Numbered from the stretch's first letter, positions 39,568 to 54,429 are shown. The stretch is DNA of 64,000 bases from Eledone cirrhosa (GCA_964016885.1 OZ024745.1:61318001-61382000), one strand, 5' to 3'. Notes: generated by a model from the sequence alone, not told the origin. Program-made: numbers and translations.

Positions 39568-39884
39568 TTATACACACACACACACACACACTATACACCC
39601 CCCCACACACATAGCGTCATAATGCCGTAATGCAGACAGCCAGACATACATACAGATATTATAAGGGCGCAACGTTATAGCTATGTATCTATCTAAAAAG
39701 AAAGACTAAGAATTATAGAGAGTGATCGCAAAATCACCTAATGCGGTCCCTAGGGCAAGGACAATTTGAAATATCTTTTGCTCAAAACACTCACAGGACT
39801 ATAAGTATTACATGTGTAAAGTTTGAAAACAATCGGTTGGGTGGTTCTTGAGTTTTAGGGAGTCAGACAGACAGACATTCTCTG

Positions 39885-39956
<72 letters not shown>

Positions 39957-40409
39957 TATATTCGTGTACAGATTAAAGTTTAAGCAAAGAATCGCTGCTT
40001 TCACCCTTAACGGGATCTTTTGAAACTAAGAAAATCAATCTGTGAACGCAGAAGTAAATATTTCGAAAAACGTTACACACTGTATATATATATATATATA
40101 TACACTATATATACATATATATATACGCACACACACAGCGACGTCATAATGACGTAATGCAGAAAGCCAGACATACAGACAGATATTATAAGGGCGCAAC
40201 GTTATAGCTATGTATCTATCTAGAAAGAAAGACTAAGAATTATAGAGAGAGATCGCTAAATCGCCTAATGGGGTCCATAGGGCATTGAAAATTTGAAATA
40301 TTTTTCGCTCAAAACACTCACAGGACCATAAGTATTACATGTGTAATGTTTGAAAACAATCGGTTGGGTGGTTCTTGAGTTTTAGGGAGTCAGACAGACA
40401 GACATTCTC

Positions 40410-40496
<87 letters not shown>

Positions 40497-40619
40497 TATA
40501 TTCGTGTACAGATTAAAGTTTAAGCAAAGAATCGCTGCTTTCACCCTTAACGGGATCTTTTGAAACTAAGAAAATCAATCTGTGAACGCAGAAGTAAATA
40601 TTTCGAAAAACGTTACACA

Positions 40620-40687
<68 letters not shown>

Positions 40688-41012
40688 TATATATACATAT
40701 ATATATACACACACACACAGCGACGTCATAATGACGTAATGCAGAAAGCCAGACATACAGATAGATATTATAAGGGCGCAACGTTATAGCTATGTATCTA
40801 TCTAGAAAGAAAGACTAAGAATTATAGAGAGAGATCGCTAAATCGCCTAATGGGGTCCATAGGGCATTGAAAATTTGAAATATTTTTCGCTCAAAACACT
40901 CACAGGACCATAAGTATTACATGTGTAATGTTTGAAAACAATCGGTTGGGTGGTTCTTGAGTTTTAGGGAGTCAGACAGACATACAGACATTCTCTGTTT
41001 TAGATATATAGA
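39209..41012 (-). mobile_element. Non-autonomous Helitron, three tandem ~540-560-bp units, each carrying a PLE1-derived HHR segment
   Basis: CTAG plus hairpin at 39209, TC start at 41012, A|T insertion in a GAT-rich repeat; HHR segments at 39418-39468, ~39977-40027 and ~40517-40567. Confidence 0.8.
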
Positions 41013-41839
41013 TGATGACGTTGGTAGTTTTGATGTTAACGATGATGATGATGATATAGATGACGACGTGAAGAAATTAGAAGAATGAAACGTATAATGA
41101 CGACGACAGAGAAGTGTGGAGAAGGAGAATTGTTAATGATAGCCACGTGGACGATAATGAATAGTGAGGATGATAATGACGGAAGAAGTACATGATGTGG
41201 TGGGTGGCGTAGAATATGTCAATGTATTTCTAAGTAGGGTTGTAAGTGGTGATGATGGAATGTGACAAATGGTTGGCTATACAGAATGGAGGGGCTGGAG
41301 ATAATGGTATCTTAAGATGGAATGTAAGTGAAGAAAGAAAGATAAGATTTAGATATTCAATGGGAAAATATGATAGTCTCTTTCCCCCAGTCATTTATCG
41401 TCATTATTAATACTCACAATAGTAGTGGTGATAGGTATGAGAATAAAGGCGATGATTGTGATGATGAGGACGCCACCACCGCCACCACCACCACCACCAC
41501 CACCACCATTACAACTGTTTCAATCATCATCATCATCATAATAACCACTGTATACACCTTTTTCATTCTCAACATAGTTTATCATCATTACAATAATAAT
41601 CACCATGTTTACCTTCTTCTGATTCTCATTGTTAACATCTAAAGTCGCATTGTCCTTTCTTCTTCTTCCTACCCCAACTGTCGCTACAAACAGACCCCCG
41701 ACGCTACTCTCAACACAGTAAACAACATAAACCGTTAAACGAGTCAAACAAGGAAGTTTCTATCGTGTCGTTTGACCTGTTAGAAAAAAGCAACCAAATA
41801 TTCCTCAAATCCATCTCACCCTACAATCTTTTTAATGAA

Positions 41840-43275
41840 GTCACATTGAATAATGTGGTCCTAAATACATTGTGTAACTTTTAATGGGGTAACATTGAAT
41901 AATGTAGTCCTAAATACATTGTGTAACTTTTAATGGGGTAACATTGAATAATGTGGTCCTAAATACATTGTGTAACTTTTAATGGGGCCACATTGAATAA
42001 TGTGGTCCTAAATACATTGTGTAATTTTTAATGGGGCCACATTGAATAATGTGGTCCTAAATACATTGTGTAACTTTTAATGAAGTCACATTGAATAATG
42101 TGGTCCTAAATACATTGTGTAACTTTTAATGGGGCCACATTGAATAATGTGGTCCTAAATACATTGTATGACTTTTAATGAAGTCACATTGAATAATGTG
42201 TCCTAAATACATTGTATGACTTTTAATGGGGTAACATTGAATAATGTAGTCCTAAATACATTGTATGACTTTTAATGAAGTCACATTGAATAAGGTAGTC
42301 CTAAATACATTGTGTAACTTTTAATGGGGCCACATTGAATAATGTGGTCCTAAGTACATTGTGTAACTTTTAATGAAGTCACATTGAATAATGTGGTTCC
42401 AAATACATTGTGTAACTTTTAATGAAGTCACATTGAATAATGTAGTCCTAAATACATTGTGTAACTTTTAATCGGGTAACATTGAATAATGTGGTCCTAA
42501 ATACATTGTGTAACTTTTAATGAAGTCACATTGAATAATGTGGTCCTAAATACATTGTATGACTTTTAATGAAGTCACATTGAATAATGTAGTCCTAAAT
42601 ACATTGTGTAACTTTTAATGGGGTAACATTGAATAATGTGGTCCTAAATACATTGTATGGCTTTTAATGGGGCCACATTGAATAATGTGTCCTAAATACA
42701 TTGTATGACTTTTAATGAAGTCACATTGAATAATGTGGTCCTAAATACCTTGTGTAACTTTTAATGGGGCCACATTGAATAATGTGGTCCCAAATACATT
42801 GTGTAACTTTTAATGGGGCCACATTGAATAATGTGGTCCCAAATACATTGTGTAACTTTTAATGAAGTCACATTGAATAATGTGGTCCTAAATACATTGT
42901 GTAACTTTTAATGGGGTAACATTGAATAATGTGATCCTAAATACATTGTATGACTTTTAATGAAGTCACATTGAATAATGTGTCCTAAATACATTGTGTA
43001 ACTTTTAATTGGGCCACATTGAATAATGTGGTCTTAAATACATTGTGAAACTTTTAATGGGGTCACATTGAATAATGTGGTCCCAAATACATTGTGTAAC
43101 TTTTAATGGGACCACATTGAATAATGTGGTTTTAAATACATTGTGTAATTCTTAATGGGGTCATATTGGATAATGTGGTCCCAAATACATTGTATGGCTT
43201 TTAATGGGGGTCACATTAAATAATGTGATCTTAAATACATTGTGTAACTTTTAATGGAGATACATTGGATAATGA
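41840..43275. repeat. 49-bp minisatellite, ~29 copies
   Basis: Unit acattgaataatgtggtcctaaatacattgtgtaacttttaatggggcc, with gaagtc and ggggta variants. Confidence 0.95.
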
Positions 43276-44879
43276 ACATGTCTGCAACGTCTTTTATTAG
43301 TAGGTCTGCTTGATCATGGCTGACTTGGAATTCAACAATAACAATAACACAATTAAAACCAGCCACGACGCCTCCTTATCAGCTTTACGCTACTGCGACC
43401 TCAACTAGATCATTACTACAACCACCATCACGACCACCAAAACCATCAGCTCCGCTACTAAAACCACCAACACTACCACCACTCCCTGACCATGCATACA
43501 TGTCTTTCCTCTCCACACTATCGATATTGTCCTCAGGAAAGACAAGAACGGTTAAAGTTGGACCCAAGTGGCAGTTCAGGCGAACTCAGAACGCAAATCA
43601 CCGAAAGTAATACCATAAGACATCATGTCCGAAGCTCTAAGAATTTCGACAAAATACCACCCTGAAGTGACACTTTATTTATTGACTACGAAAGTATGAA
43701 GAGGAGAGTTCACCTCAGCAGTATTTGAAACCAGAGAGGAATGAGTCAAAATAAATACCGCGAGGTACATAATCCAATGACCCCATAATTCTATCAATTT
43801 ACTGCCTAAAGTAGGACACTGGATTGAGCTGAATAGAGCACCAGCCACACCCCAATTAACAACGAAGATACCCTGAGCCAACAAGAAAGCCTCTCTGTGG
43901 TCACTCGACGTTTTAGAAATAACTGCAAAATTGCCCTCAAATAACCCCCCTCCCCCATTCAAGGCATATTAATCAATCTAGTGAAAGATATACTTAAAAA
44001 AAAACTAAAAAAAAATAAGATTTGAAAGTATCTTTAATCCTACATCGGCAATATTAGAGCTGACCCTGGGCTGAACATTAACTAGTGTTCCTAACATAGA
44101 TACAAAGGTGGGATTTGTTTGGAGAGTGTGAGGTTTCGGGTGAGCTTTCAGTCGGATAAATAAAGGAGTACTTGACTAATACTATTTTATCGACCATGGA
44201 AGGATAAAATGCAAAGTTGACCTCGGCGGGATTTGAACTCAGAACGAAAAGAACGTAAACAGTCGACAAGCCGACGTTCTAACAATCGGTCAAACAATAA
44301 TATTATAATCATCAACAACAAAAGCAGGAACAGTAGAAACATCAACGGCATTAATGACTGACACAGCAGTGATCGACTAAAAAAAATTGTAGACGCTTCT
44401 CGAAAACATCACAAGGTAACATAAAAAAATAACAAGCCAAATTATACAGCTTAGATAGCCAGCGTGATACAAACTAAGAATAAAACCACACACACAAGAA
44501 ATAGAAATAGATACAAAGCACCAGAAAAACAAGGAAATTAAACAGTGGAAATAAAGAAGATAACTAAAGAAAATCAGAAAAATACTAAACCTTTAAGTCA
44601 AATACATTAAAATACATCAAATGGCATTTGATCCTTTGATAATTTCGACGACGATGAGCATACGGTTGTTTAGTGATCTGAACATCCAACTCGTGAATTA
44701 GCGTGTAAGCTGTTACGTATTCTACAGACATATACACCCGTAACATAATTTCCAAGTCGTATCAAAGTAATACAACAATAGGACAAGGTTGGGCCATTGA
44801 GTTACAGGTAGAATTTATTTGACGGCTTTCCACATAGTTTTCGTTGACTCACTTTCACCCACAAGAATTTGGTCGACGT

Positions 44880-45905
44880 GGCATCTGTGTCTCATGTCTT
44901 TTACCAACATCGAGCTCACAGCGTGGCATCTTGGTCTAGTGTTTTTTTTTACCACAGCATCGGGTTCACAGTGTGGCATCTTGGTTTAGTGTTTTTTACC
45001 ACAGCATCGGGTTCACAGTGCGGCATCTTGGTTTAATGTTTTTTACCACAGCATCGGGTTCACAGTGCGGCATCTTGGTTTAATGTTTTTTACCACAGCA
45101 TCGGGTTCACAGTGCGGCATCTTGGTTTAATGTTTTTTACCATAGCATCGGGTTTACAGTGTGGCATCTTGGTTTAGTGTTTTTTACCATAGCATCGGGT
45201 TTACAGTGTGGCATCTTGGTTTAATGTTTTTTACCACAGCATCGGGTTTACAGTGCGGCATCTTGGTTTAATGTTTTTTACCATAGCATCGGGTTTACAG
45301 TGTGGCATCTTGGTTTAATGTTTTTTACCACAGCATCGGGTTTACAGTGCGGCATCTTGGTCTTGTGTCTTTTACCATAGCATCGGGTTCACAGTGTGGC
45401 ATCTTGGTTTAGTGTTTTTTACCACAGCATCGGGTTCACAGTGTGGCATCTTGGTTTAATGTTTTTTACCACAGCATCGGGTTCACAGTGCGGCATCTTG
45501 GTTTAATGTTTTTTACCACAGCATCGGGTTCACAGTGTGGCATCTTGGTTTAATGTTTTTTACCATAGCATCGGGTTTACAGTGTGGCATCTTGGTTTAG
45601 TGTTTTTTACCATAGCATCGGGTTTACAGTGTGGCATCTTGGTTTAGTGTTTTTTACCATAGCATCGGGTTTACAGTGTGGCATCTTGGTTTAATGTTTT
45701 TTACCATAGCATCGGGTTTACAGTGTGGCATCTTGGTTTAGTGTTTTTTACCATAGCATCGGGTTTACAGTGTGGCATCTTGGTTTAGTGTTTTTTACCA
45801 TAGCATCGGGTTTACAGTGTGGCATCTTGGTTTAGTGTTTTTTACCATAGCATCGGGTTCACAGTGCGGCATCTTGGTCTTGTGTCTTTTACCACAGCAT
45901 CGGCT
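44880..45905. repeat. 47-bp minisatellite, ~21 copies
   Basis: Unit accacagcatcgggttcacagtgtggcatcttggtttagtgtttttt. Confidence 0.95.
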
Positions 45906-47032
45906 CCACAAAGATGCCTTTAAAAATCTTATGCGAACGGCAAGCTGTATATTGAGAGAATGAAGCCTAAGCTTAACCTTATCGCACTTATCTATTATTC
46001 TTGATTATTTCTCTAAAATGCCAACCATTGTGGTATAAACGAGGCTTTCTTATAATTCCATTACTGTGATCATATGAATGCATTTTTTTGATTTGAAAAA
46101 AAAATTGTTTTGTTTTTATTTCTATATATAAATTTGTGTTCCTTCATCTATTTTGTTTTGTTATAACTGTGTCCAATCTTTATGCGATTAAAGTTTGTTA
46201 TTTCGTTTTATCGACTTTTGATGTTATTAGATAGTGTAATTCAGAAGAATTATACAAATTCGAGACTGCAATTTTGAGAAAAGTTTATGACGGTGATTAA
46301 AAACTACAATATGCCGGAAGCATCTTTCAAATTTTCTCTATGAATAAACATAAATCCTAATTTTTTTTACATCCGAACACAAATGATTTGATTTCAAGAA
46401 AAATAAAATTCTTTTTATTGAAAAATTCAAGGATTTTGTAGGTTTACGATTGTTTGATCGAAAGTACATCTAAGCGTACATGTACACGCCCGCTCACACA
46501 TACACACACATGTCCACCCTACAAACATCTTGTGGTTTACTCAGGCATTATACATCTTATTGTGCTACTGGCTTTTGCAGTACTTGTGTTTCACAGGGGT
46601 TGTGTTACTTAATTTAACACACAACACTTCTTTTCCATACATAAGATTTTCTTATAGGGAATTTTGAACTCATAATCCGGAGATAATGATTTCTTTATTA
46701 GCAACACAGGGCTCATAATAATTCGGAGATAATGACAGTCAATGTTATAACATTGTGAGGGTGGTAAATCAGTAGAATTGGTAGAGCATCGGATAAAATA
46801 CCATTGTGGTATTTGTTCTGACTCATTATATACGTCGTAAATAGTAACATAGTTCTATTACCAAGCAAAGTACAATATATGTGCATATACGTGTGTGTAT
46901 TCACATACAAGATAACTAATAAACATATACATAAATGGACATAGACTTTATTGCGTGTTGCCTATAAACCTAATGTAAGGGATCAACAACTCTGGTGATT
47001 TATTCAAATGTATTTTGCTTTCCTCTTTTCAG

Positions 47033-47226
47033 AAATGGAACTTTCGATCAACAAATACTCCCAAAAAGAAAGTTGGTTACTGTATTCACACAATGATGCA
47101 TATAATCCAGCCTTTATGCTTGATTATCATACAGATTTGGAAAATTATCATGGGAAACCACCAGCTGGTTTGAAGCAATTAGACCAAAATGACCGTAAAT
47201 ACATGGACTCATTCACTTATTTATAA
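47033..47226 (+). CDS. Candidate terminal coding exon of an unidentified host gene
   Basis: Polypyrimidine tract + AG (ttttgctttcctcttttcag), open frame ..MELSINKYSQKESWLL..DRKYMDSFTYL*, followed by repeat-poor AT-rich sequence with AATAAA. Confidence 0.4.
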
Positions 47227-49087
47227 CAACAATGTTTACACTCATTAATACTATTTTCATATTACTTCCATTTTTTCCCTATCCACAATAACTTCAATTA
47301 TTCAATAAATAATTTTTGTAATACACGTTTAAATGTAAACTAACCACAAACAAGTGTATATAAGCATTATATAAAGTACATAAAGCTGCTGTATTCTCAC
47401 AATAGCATCTTCAGTTGAATTTTTCCTTTATTTCTGCATATTTTCCCTTGTTTAAGTGTAACCATGTAGTTCATGTTCAATCTAATGATTTTTTAAATTT
47501 CAATAATATTGTTATTTTCATTACATATCTAGAATGGAACAAGCTTTTATATTTTGTGTTTAAATTCCATCAGGGTCGACTCTACTTTTCATTGATCTGG
47601 AGTTTATGATATAAATGTTGGTTTCATTTATTGTGATTTCGTCCTAAAAATTTGTGTTCAAATGCTGAAGTTAGAAACCATTCATTTTTAGTTCTCATTA
47701 ATTTCTCTATTTATTGTTCAGTTTATTAAAAATAAAAATTTCTGATGGAAGATCCAGTGATTTGCATACACTGTCGTAAATATAATTCTCCCACCGCATT
47801 GAAGACCTTCAATTCTCACAGACCCAGTCAGTTCATTTAGCAGTAGATAATTATTATGTAGGTAAAATTCATTACTATTCACTTCAACATGACTATATAA
47901 TTACTGATTGATTAATTATTCATTAGCTTACAGTAGTGAGTTCTTTTATCAATTTTGAAAAAAGAAAAGCTATAAAGAAGACAGTCTTAAATTTTTTTCC
48001 TTAAAATCTTTTGTAGTTGTATTCTGAAGCTCTAATACATATCTGTGTATCAATGATGGTTGCTTTATAGAATAAAAAAAAATAATAATGAAAAATAAAT
48101 AAAATAAATAAATAAGCCAGTGTTGTTAATTCTCTGATGAGCCATGTTTATTTACTTTTATTTTTCAAATAAACATGTTCCTTTTAAAACTTATCACTAC
48201 ATTCACCATCATCATAATCGTATGATTTAATTTGATATATCATGAGGAAATAAAATCATTATTGGTTCATCAAAGTTAGACTTGATATTCAAATTGACTT
48301 GTAGTTCTTGTGTGCTGTATTTGCATCATATTATTTGGATATTTCACTGATTTGGCAATAATTTATTCACCAATATAACCTTTAGCTGTTGCTTCTGCAT
48401 CTGACTTTTATATTACTAGAATTATTTTCAACACGCTGACACGTATGTGTATATGTGTGTGCGTGTGTGTATGTAGATTGTATACACAAGTGTAGTGATG
48501 TTGGATGCTGTTTTCTGTAGTTTGTCATCACCCCTTCCTTCCTCAGTTATCACTAGTGTGTGACGTCATCACCCCTTCCTTCATCAGTCATCTCTAGTGT
48601 GTGACGACATCACTCTTCCTAATAAGTTAAGATAATAATTTTGAGTAAATATAATTTGAACTAAAACAACAACAGCAAAGAAAATAAATGTTTAACAGAA
48701 ACAAGTGGCAAAAGAGGGCAGAAAACATTATAGCAGAGATGAAAACATAGCGCGTACAATGAGATAAAATAGTCAAGAGAAACACAGATAACAACTATAT
48801 AAATAGCTGATGTAGAGATCATAGATAGTAGCTATAAGAGCGATGGAACAATGAGATTAAAGATAACAGTTAAACGAATGTTGGAAATTTTAAACATAAG
48901 AACTATCATACTAAAATACTAAGAGATGGAATATGAGAGAAAAATTGGAAGAGGAAAACATCATCATTTTATTTGAACAGATATTGATATTTATATCATG
49001 AGAAATATAACAAAGAGTTGTATGTATGTATGTATGTATGTATGTATGTATGTATGTATGTATGTATGTATGTATGTATGTATGTAT

Positions 49088-49349
49088 GTTCTTCTGGTTT
49101 TAAAATTTTATAAATTTTTACCAATAGAGAGAGAGTCGGTTTCCAACATAGACACAAGACTCTCTCATTGGAATTTATACAACATCAACTAGGTAGATAT
49201 GTCTGCATGCATGCATGTGTGTGCAGGTATGGATGTTAATGTATGTGTGGATGTGTATGTTTTGAGTTATATGTGTGCATGTGCATGTTCTTTGTATATG
49301 TACACGTGTATATGCAGTTATTAGATGCAGAACTTTTCGAATGTTTTAC

Positions 49350-49380
<31 letters not shown>

Positions 49381-50130
49381 TGTATGTATGTATGTATGTA
49401 TGTATGTATGTATGTATGTATGTATGTATGTATGTATGTTTATATGTATGTATGTTTATATGTATGTTCTTCTGGTTTTATAATTTCACAAAGTTTTACC
49501 AATAGAGAGAGAGTCGGTTTCTAACATAGACACTAGACTCTCTCATTGGAATTTACACAACATCAACTAGGTAGATATGTATGTATGCATGCATGTGTAG
49601 ATATGGATGTTATTGTATGTGTGGATGTGTATGTGTGCATGTGTATATGCTTTGTATCTGTACATGTGTATATGCAGTTATTAGATGCAAAATGTTTGGA
49701 ATGTTTTACATATTTTTACTGTTCCATATTTTTACTGGATTGTACTTATAGTTTCCTAATTAGTTGTGTTCTTTCTGTTCCTGTGAAGCCTAGCTTCTCA
49801 AGATTTTTATTGAGGCAGTTACTAACATACCCCAGTGCCCCAATAATCACAGGCATAAATCTGAAGGTGTAATCAGGGTGGAGTATCTGCAGATTTCTCA
49901 TCAGTTCTGCATAAATATTCTCCTTTTCACTAATCTTTGATATTATATTGGCATCTGCTGGGCAGCTAATTTCCACTACTGTGCATGTTTTCTTCTCCCT
50001 GTCCCATATCATAATATCTGGTCTGTTATGCCTGCATTTTATTGGGGTTTTTACTGGCACATTCCACCAATACTCTTTCATATTATGTACATGGATGTCT
50101 TCCACATTGTTGTAGCTTTTAATGTGTTTA
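49088..50130 (-). mobile_element. R4/Dong-like LINE 3' end (restriction-like endonuclease) plus duplicated 3' UTR, in (CATA)n tracts
   Basis: ORF 49746-50105: YWWNVPVKT..HNRPDIMIWD..VVEISCP..KENIY..PVIIGALG; 3' UTR copies ~49465-49710 and ~49088-49350 each abut (TATG)n. Confidence 0.85.
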
Positions 50131-51871
50131 TTATGTATGTATGTATGTACGCCTAAGCTACTAGCGCATAGTTATTAGTGAAACACTTGGGGAACATGTG
50201 GTTGTGAGTTTTGGTTGTTTGTATGATGTGTGGAAGGACATGTCTAAGATGAGGTTTCAGTCATACACCTAACTGTTTCTGATGGATCAGGGCTGAGGCA
50301 CACGTGTCAATGTTAATTAACAAAGTCAATTATCTCCGACAAGCTAGTTGTCCTTAAATGGGGCCGAAATGTAAGGTGTGGGCATCGAGAGAGATGTTAG
50401 AACGTCGGATAGAATGCTTTGTGGTATTCGTTTCGAATCTCTGCTCTATGAGTTCAAATCCCACCGAGGTCAACTTAGCCTTTCATCCATTCGAGGTAAA
50501 AAAAGTACTAGTCTAGTACTGCGGTTGATTCTTCATCTATATCTTCTTCTCACTTCCATTCTCTCACTCACTCTATAACTTCTCTGGAAGAAATCTGCTG
50601 TACTCAGACCAGGAGAGGAGATGTGCTCCGCCAGGCTTTAAAATGCCCTAGAAACGCCGTATGTAAATACGGCACCCCTACGACTCCAACAAAAGTTACG
50701 GGACCATGCCATGCCATTGTTTAGCAAGTGAATGTGTGGTAGGTAAGTCGAGATAAGTTAGTTTCAATGTAAAACTCCTATCACGTCTTGAAGACAAAAA
50801 TCCTTGACTATTTCTAAACAACCGGCTCCTGCTATAGATAACTTCAATATAATTTAGCAATAATTGTTAATGTTAAATTAATAGGAAGAAAATGTACAAC
50901 ACTTGTCATATGCTGAAGATCATACGCACAACATTTTTAATAACACCTGTTTTATATACTATATTGACTTGGCAGAATAATTAACTCGGATGAATAACTA
51001 TTTTTAACATCTATCTAGTGTTTACGACAAAATATTTAACTTCTTATAACATCTAGCTGTTGTTAACAAAAACATGAAGACTATATCTGACATCCAGCCG
51101 CTTGCGAAAATCTGTATAAAAATCTGTATGACCTGAAGACCCAGAAGGCTAAAATAAAATGTGTGTTGATGGCGGCAGTGCCTATGTACACAGGACCCAC
51201 TTCGGTGAATCAACCCATGGTTTCAGGAACTCACCGGTGTCACAAGCCCCAGGCACACTCAGAGTAACAAAACCGTCGGGATAAGTGAACCGAAGCTATC
51301 CAAGAGAAAGAGTGGTACTAGCTGTACGAAGATGTCGATTTCACCTTGGAAGAAGTGTCCAAGAAGAATTCTGATCGATACCTCAAGACGAGGGCCACTA
51401 TCATCTCATCAGGCTATCAGTTGATAGGTTTGAGCCGGATCGCATTCTGCTAAACTGGTTTCATTTTGTATTTGTTTTTGGTTTAAACTACGAAAATTGT
51501 TTCTTAATTCGAGGAGGCAAGGCGGTGTCACGGTGCAGTCTTTGTCCACTACGGTGGGACACACATACATATATACATACATACAAATACACACACATAC
51601 ACATACACACATAATATCTATATCTATATCTATATCTATATCTATATCTATATTTATACACTGATAATTTCTAAGATTTGCTTCGCTGAAGAGGTCTTAT
51701 AATACCAAAACATCTCCTTTATGTTCAGCCGTTACTATGAAAGAAAATCCACTTCTATCAACATCGTGTTTATTTTTGAAAAAATTTCGGTTGACGATTA
51801 TTATTGAAGCTTTTGTTTAACAATTTCACGTATAAACTTAGTAAATCTAAGTTTATCAACAATATTATATA

Positions 51872-52013
51872 CTAGCAGAATGGCCCGGCGTTGCTCGGGA
51901 TTTACTCTAGGGTTCTTATATATTTGATATATATTTATCCTTATCAAGCCTCGTGAAATAAATACGTTTGTTTATATTTTGTTATTGTGTATACAAAAAT
52001 ATCTGTACACGAA

Positions 52014-52090
<77 letters not shown>

Positions 52091-52663
52091 CAGATTAAAG
52101 TTTAAGAAAAGAATCACTGCTTTCACACTTAACGGAATCTTCTGAAACTAAAAAAATCAATCTGTGAACGCAGAAAATGAATCGCTGCTTTCACCCTTAA
52201 CGGGATCTTCTGAAACTAAAAAAATCAATCTGTGAACGCAGATGTAAATATTTTGAAAAACGTTGCAACCGAAGGAAAACAGGAAGACGATACTTTGGTT
52301 CGTGAAGACGTTCCCTGGCATAAGAATATATATATATACACACACATTATATATACATATATACACACACACACTAGTCGCGTCATAATGTCGTAATGCA
52401 GACAGCCAGGCATACAGACAGATATTATGAAGGCGCGACGTCATATCTATGTATCTATCTAAAAAGAGAAAGACTAAGAGAAAGAGAAAGAGATCGCTAA
52501 ATTGCCTAATGCGGTCATTGAAAATTGGAATTTTCTTTGCTCAAAACACTCCCGGGGCCATACGGGTTACATGTGTAAAGTTTGAAAAAAAAACGGTTGG
52601 GTACTTCTCGAGTTTTAGGGAAACAGACACACAGACAGACATCCTCTGTTTTATATATATAGA
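51872..52663 (-). mobile_element. Non-autonomous Helitron carrying PLE1 terminal fragments
   Basis: Same termini as 39209-41012; 52084-52322 aligns to ~10126-10295; 51915-51950 aligns to ~13640-13672. Confidence 0.8.
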
Positions 52664-53673
52664 TGAGAGAAACTCTACCCATAACCTATATTTACAGTAT
52701 TTAGTATACAGTCAACTGAATTCTGTTTTAAGTTGACTACACTTCTTTCATTCCTTCAAAGTCGATAACAGATAGTCGAATGAAACGAACCTGATTCTGT
52801 CCAGGAACTAAATCTCACTGTTCTAAAAATCATCCTTTTGCTTAGATTAAAAGAAATAATTATTATCATTGTTAACATCATCATCATCATTATCATCTTA
52901 TCCATAATCTTAACCTCACATGTTTTTCCTCGTGTTTTCCTCTTTTCAAAAGATTACACATCAATACGATGTTTTTTTTTGTTATTGATGATGATCGTGT
53001 TGGCGACAGCAGCAACATCTTCAGCAGAAGCAGTAGTAGTATTAGTAACAGCAGCAGCAGCAGCAGCAGCATCAGCAGCAGCATTAATAGTGGTTGTGGT
53101 AGTGAAGATGATGAGGATTATGATGTTTGGTTTGATTATTGTCCGTCTTTTTTTTTGTGTGATTTTTACACCGTCATATCAGCTCGGGAATTTCTAGTAC
53201 CGTGTATCCAATCTTCAATTAAACCATCCACATTTTCTTCAAATTTCCATTGGGCAACATTTAATCATTTCTTGTGAGTGTGTGCGTGTGTGCGTGTGCG
53301 TGTGTGCGTGTGCGTGTCGGTTTTTCCTTTTTTAATAGTGTTTCATCCCTGTTTGGTTGTTATAATTGGTATTGCACTTTTACTTTGATTCATCTTTATT
53401 TAGAAAAAAGAAAAAAAAGAAAAACTATATAAATACTTCCATCGGAGAATAATATTAAACTTACTTTTTTGACTGATGGGACTGCTTTCAAATATCGTCA
53501 TTTTGCCTACGAACAACATTGGAACCGCTGGTGGTTAGTAGTTATTTTTGTTCCTCAGTGTTTCGAAGTTGTATTTTGTGCTTATTTTCTACATATTTAT
53601 TCAAATATTTCTTTTCGATATGAGAGAATTTTCATAATTTTCATATATGTTTTTGGTTGTTTTTCAGCATCCA

Positions 53674-53729
<56 letters not shown>

Positions 53730-54122
53730 TTCATGTATGCATGTGCACGTGGGCATCTGTGTGTGCGTGTGTGTATGTGTGTGTGTGTGTGTGGGTGTAT
53801 GTGTGTGTGTGTGTGTGTGTGTATCTGTGTCTGTGTAAGTGAGTGTTCAGTTTTAGTTTTTGATTTTGTTTTTCTGCATATAATTGATCTTTCATCTCGT
53901 TCTTTTTTCTTTTTTCTTTTTGAGAATTATCTTTATTCAGTGGTGACAAGCATCATGATATAAAAAAAATAAAAGACATTACAAGCAGACAATGTGACAC
54001 AGATTGTAGGATGCTGCTAATATGTATAGAGCCAGGTTAGATCAGAAAAAGTTAGCTGCATGACGAGCCTTTGACTTCCTATAACGACGATTGTCATGAA
54101 AATAACAACAAAATTAAAATTA

Positions 54123-54215
<93 letters not shown>

Positions 54216-54256
54216 ACACACACATACACACACACACACACTCACACACACACACT

Positions 54257-54289
<33 letters not shown>

Positions 54290-54352
54290 CAATATATATA
54301 TATTTATACACATACATACACATATATACATATATACATATATATATATATG

Positions 54353-54429
<77 letters not shown>

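Noticed and set aside
41840-45905. Two regular arrays as CRISPR-like loci
   Set aside because: Head-to-tail units with no unique spacers; eukaryotic context; no cas genes
51681-51715. CTGAAGA-GGT..ACC-AAAAC as a hammerhead
   Set aside because: GAAA mutated; no stem I or stem III pairing
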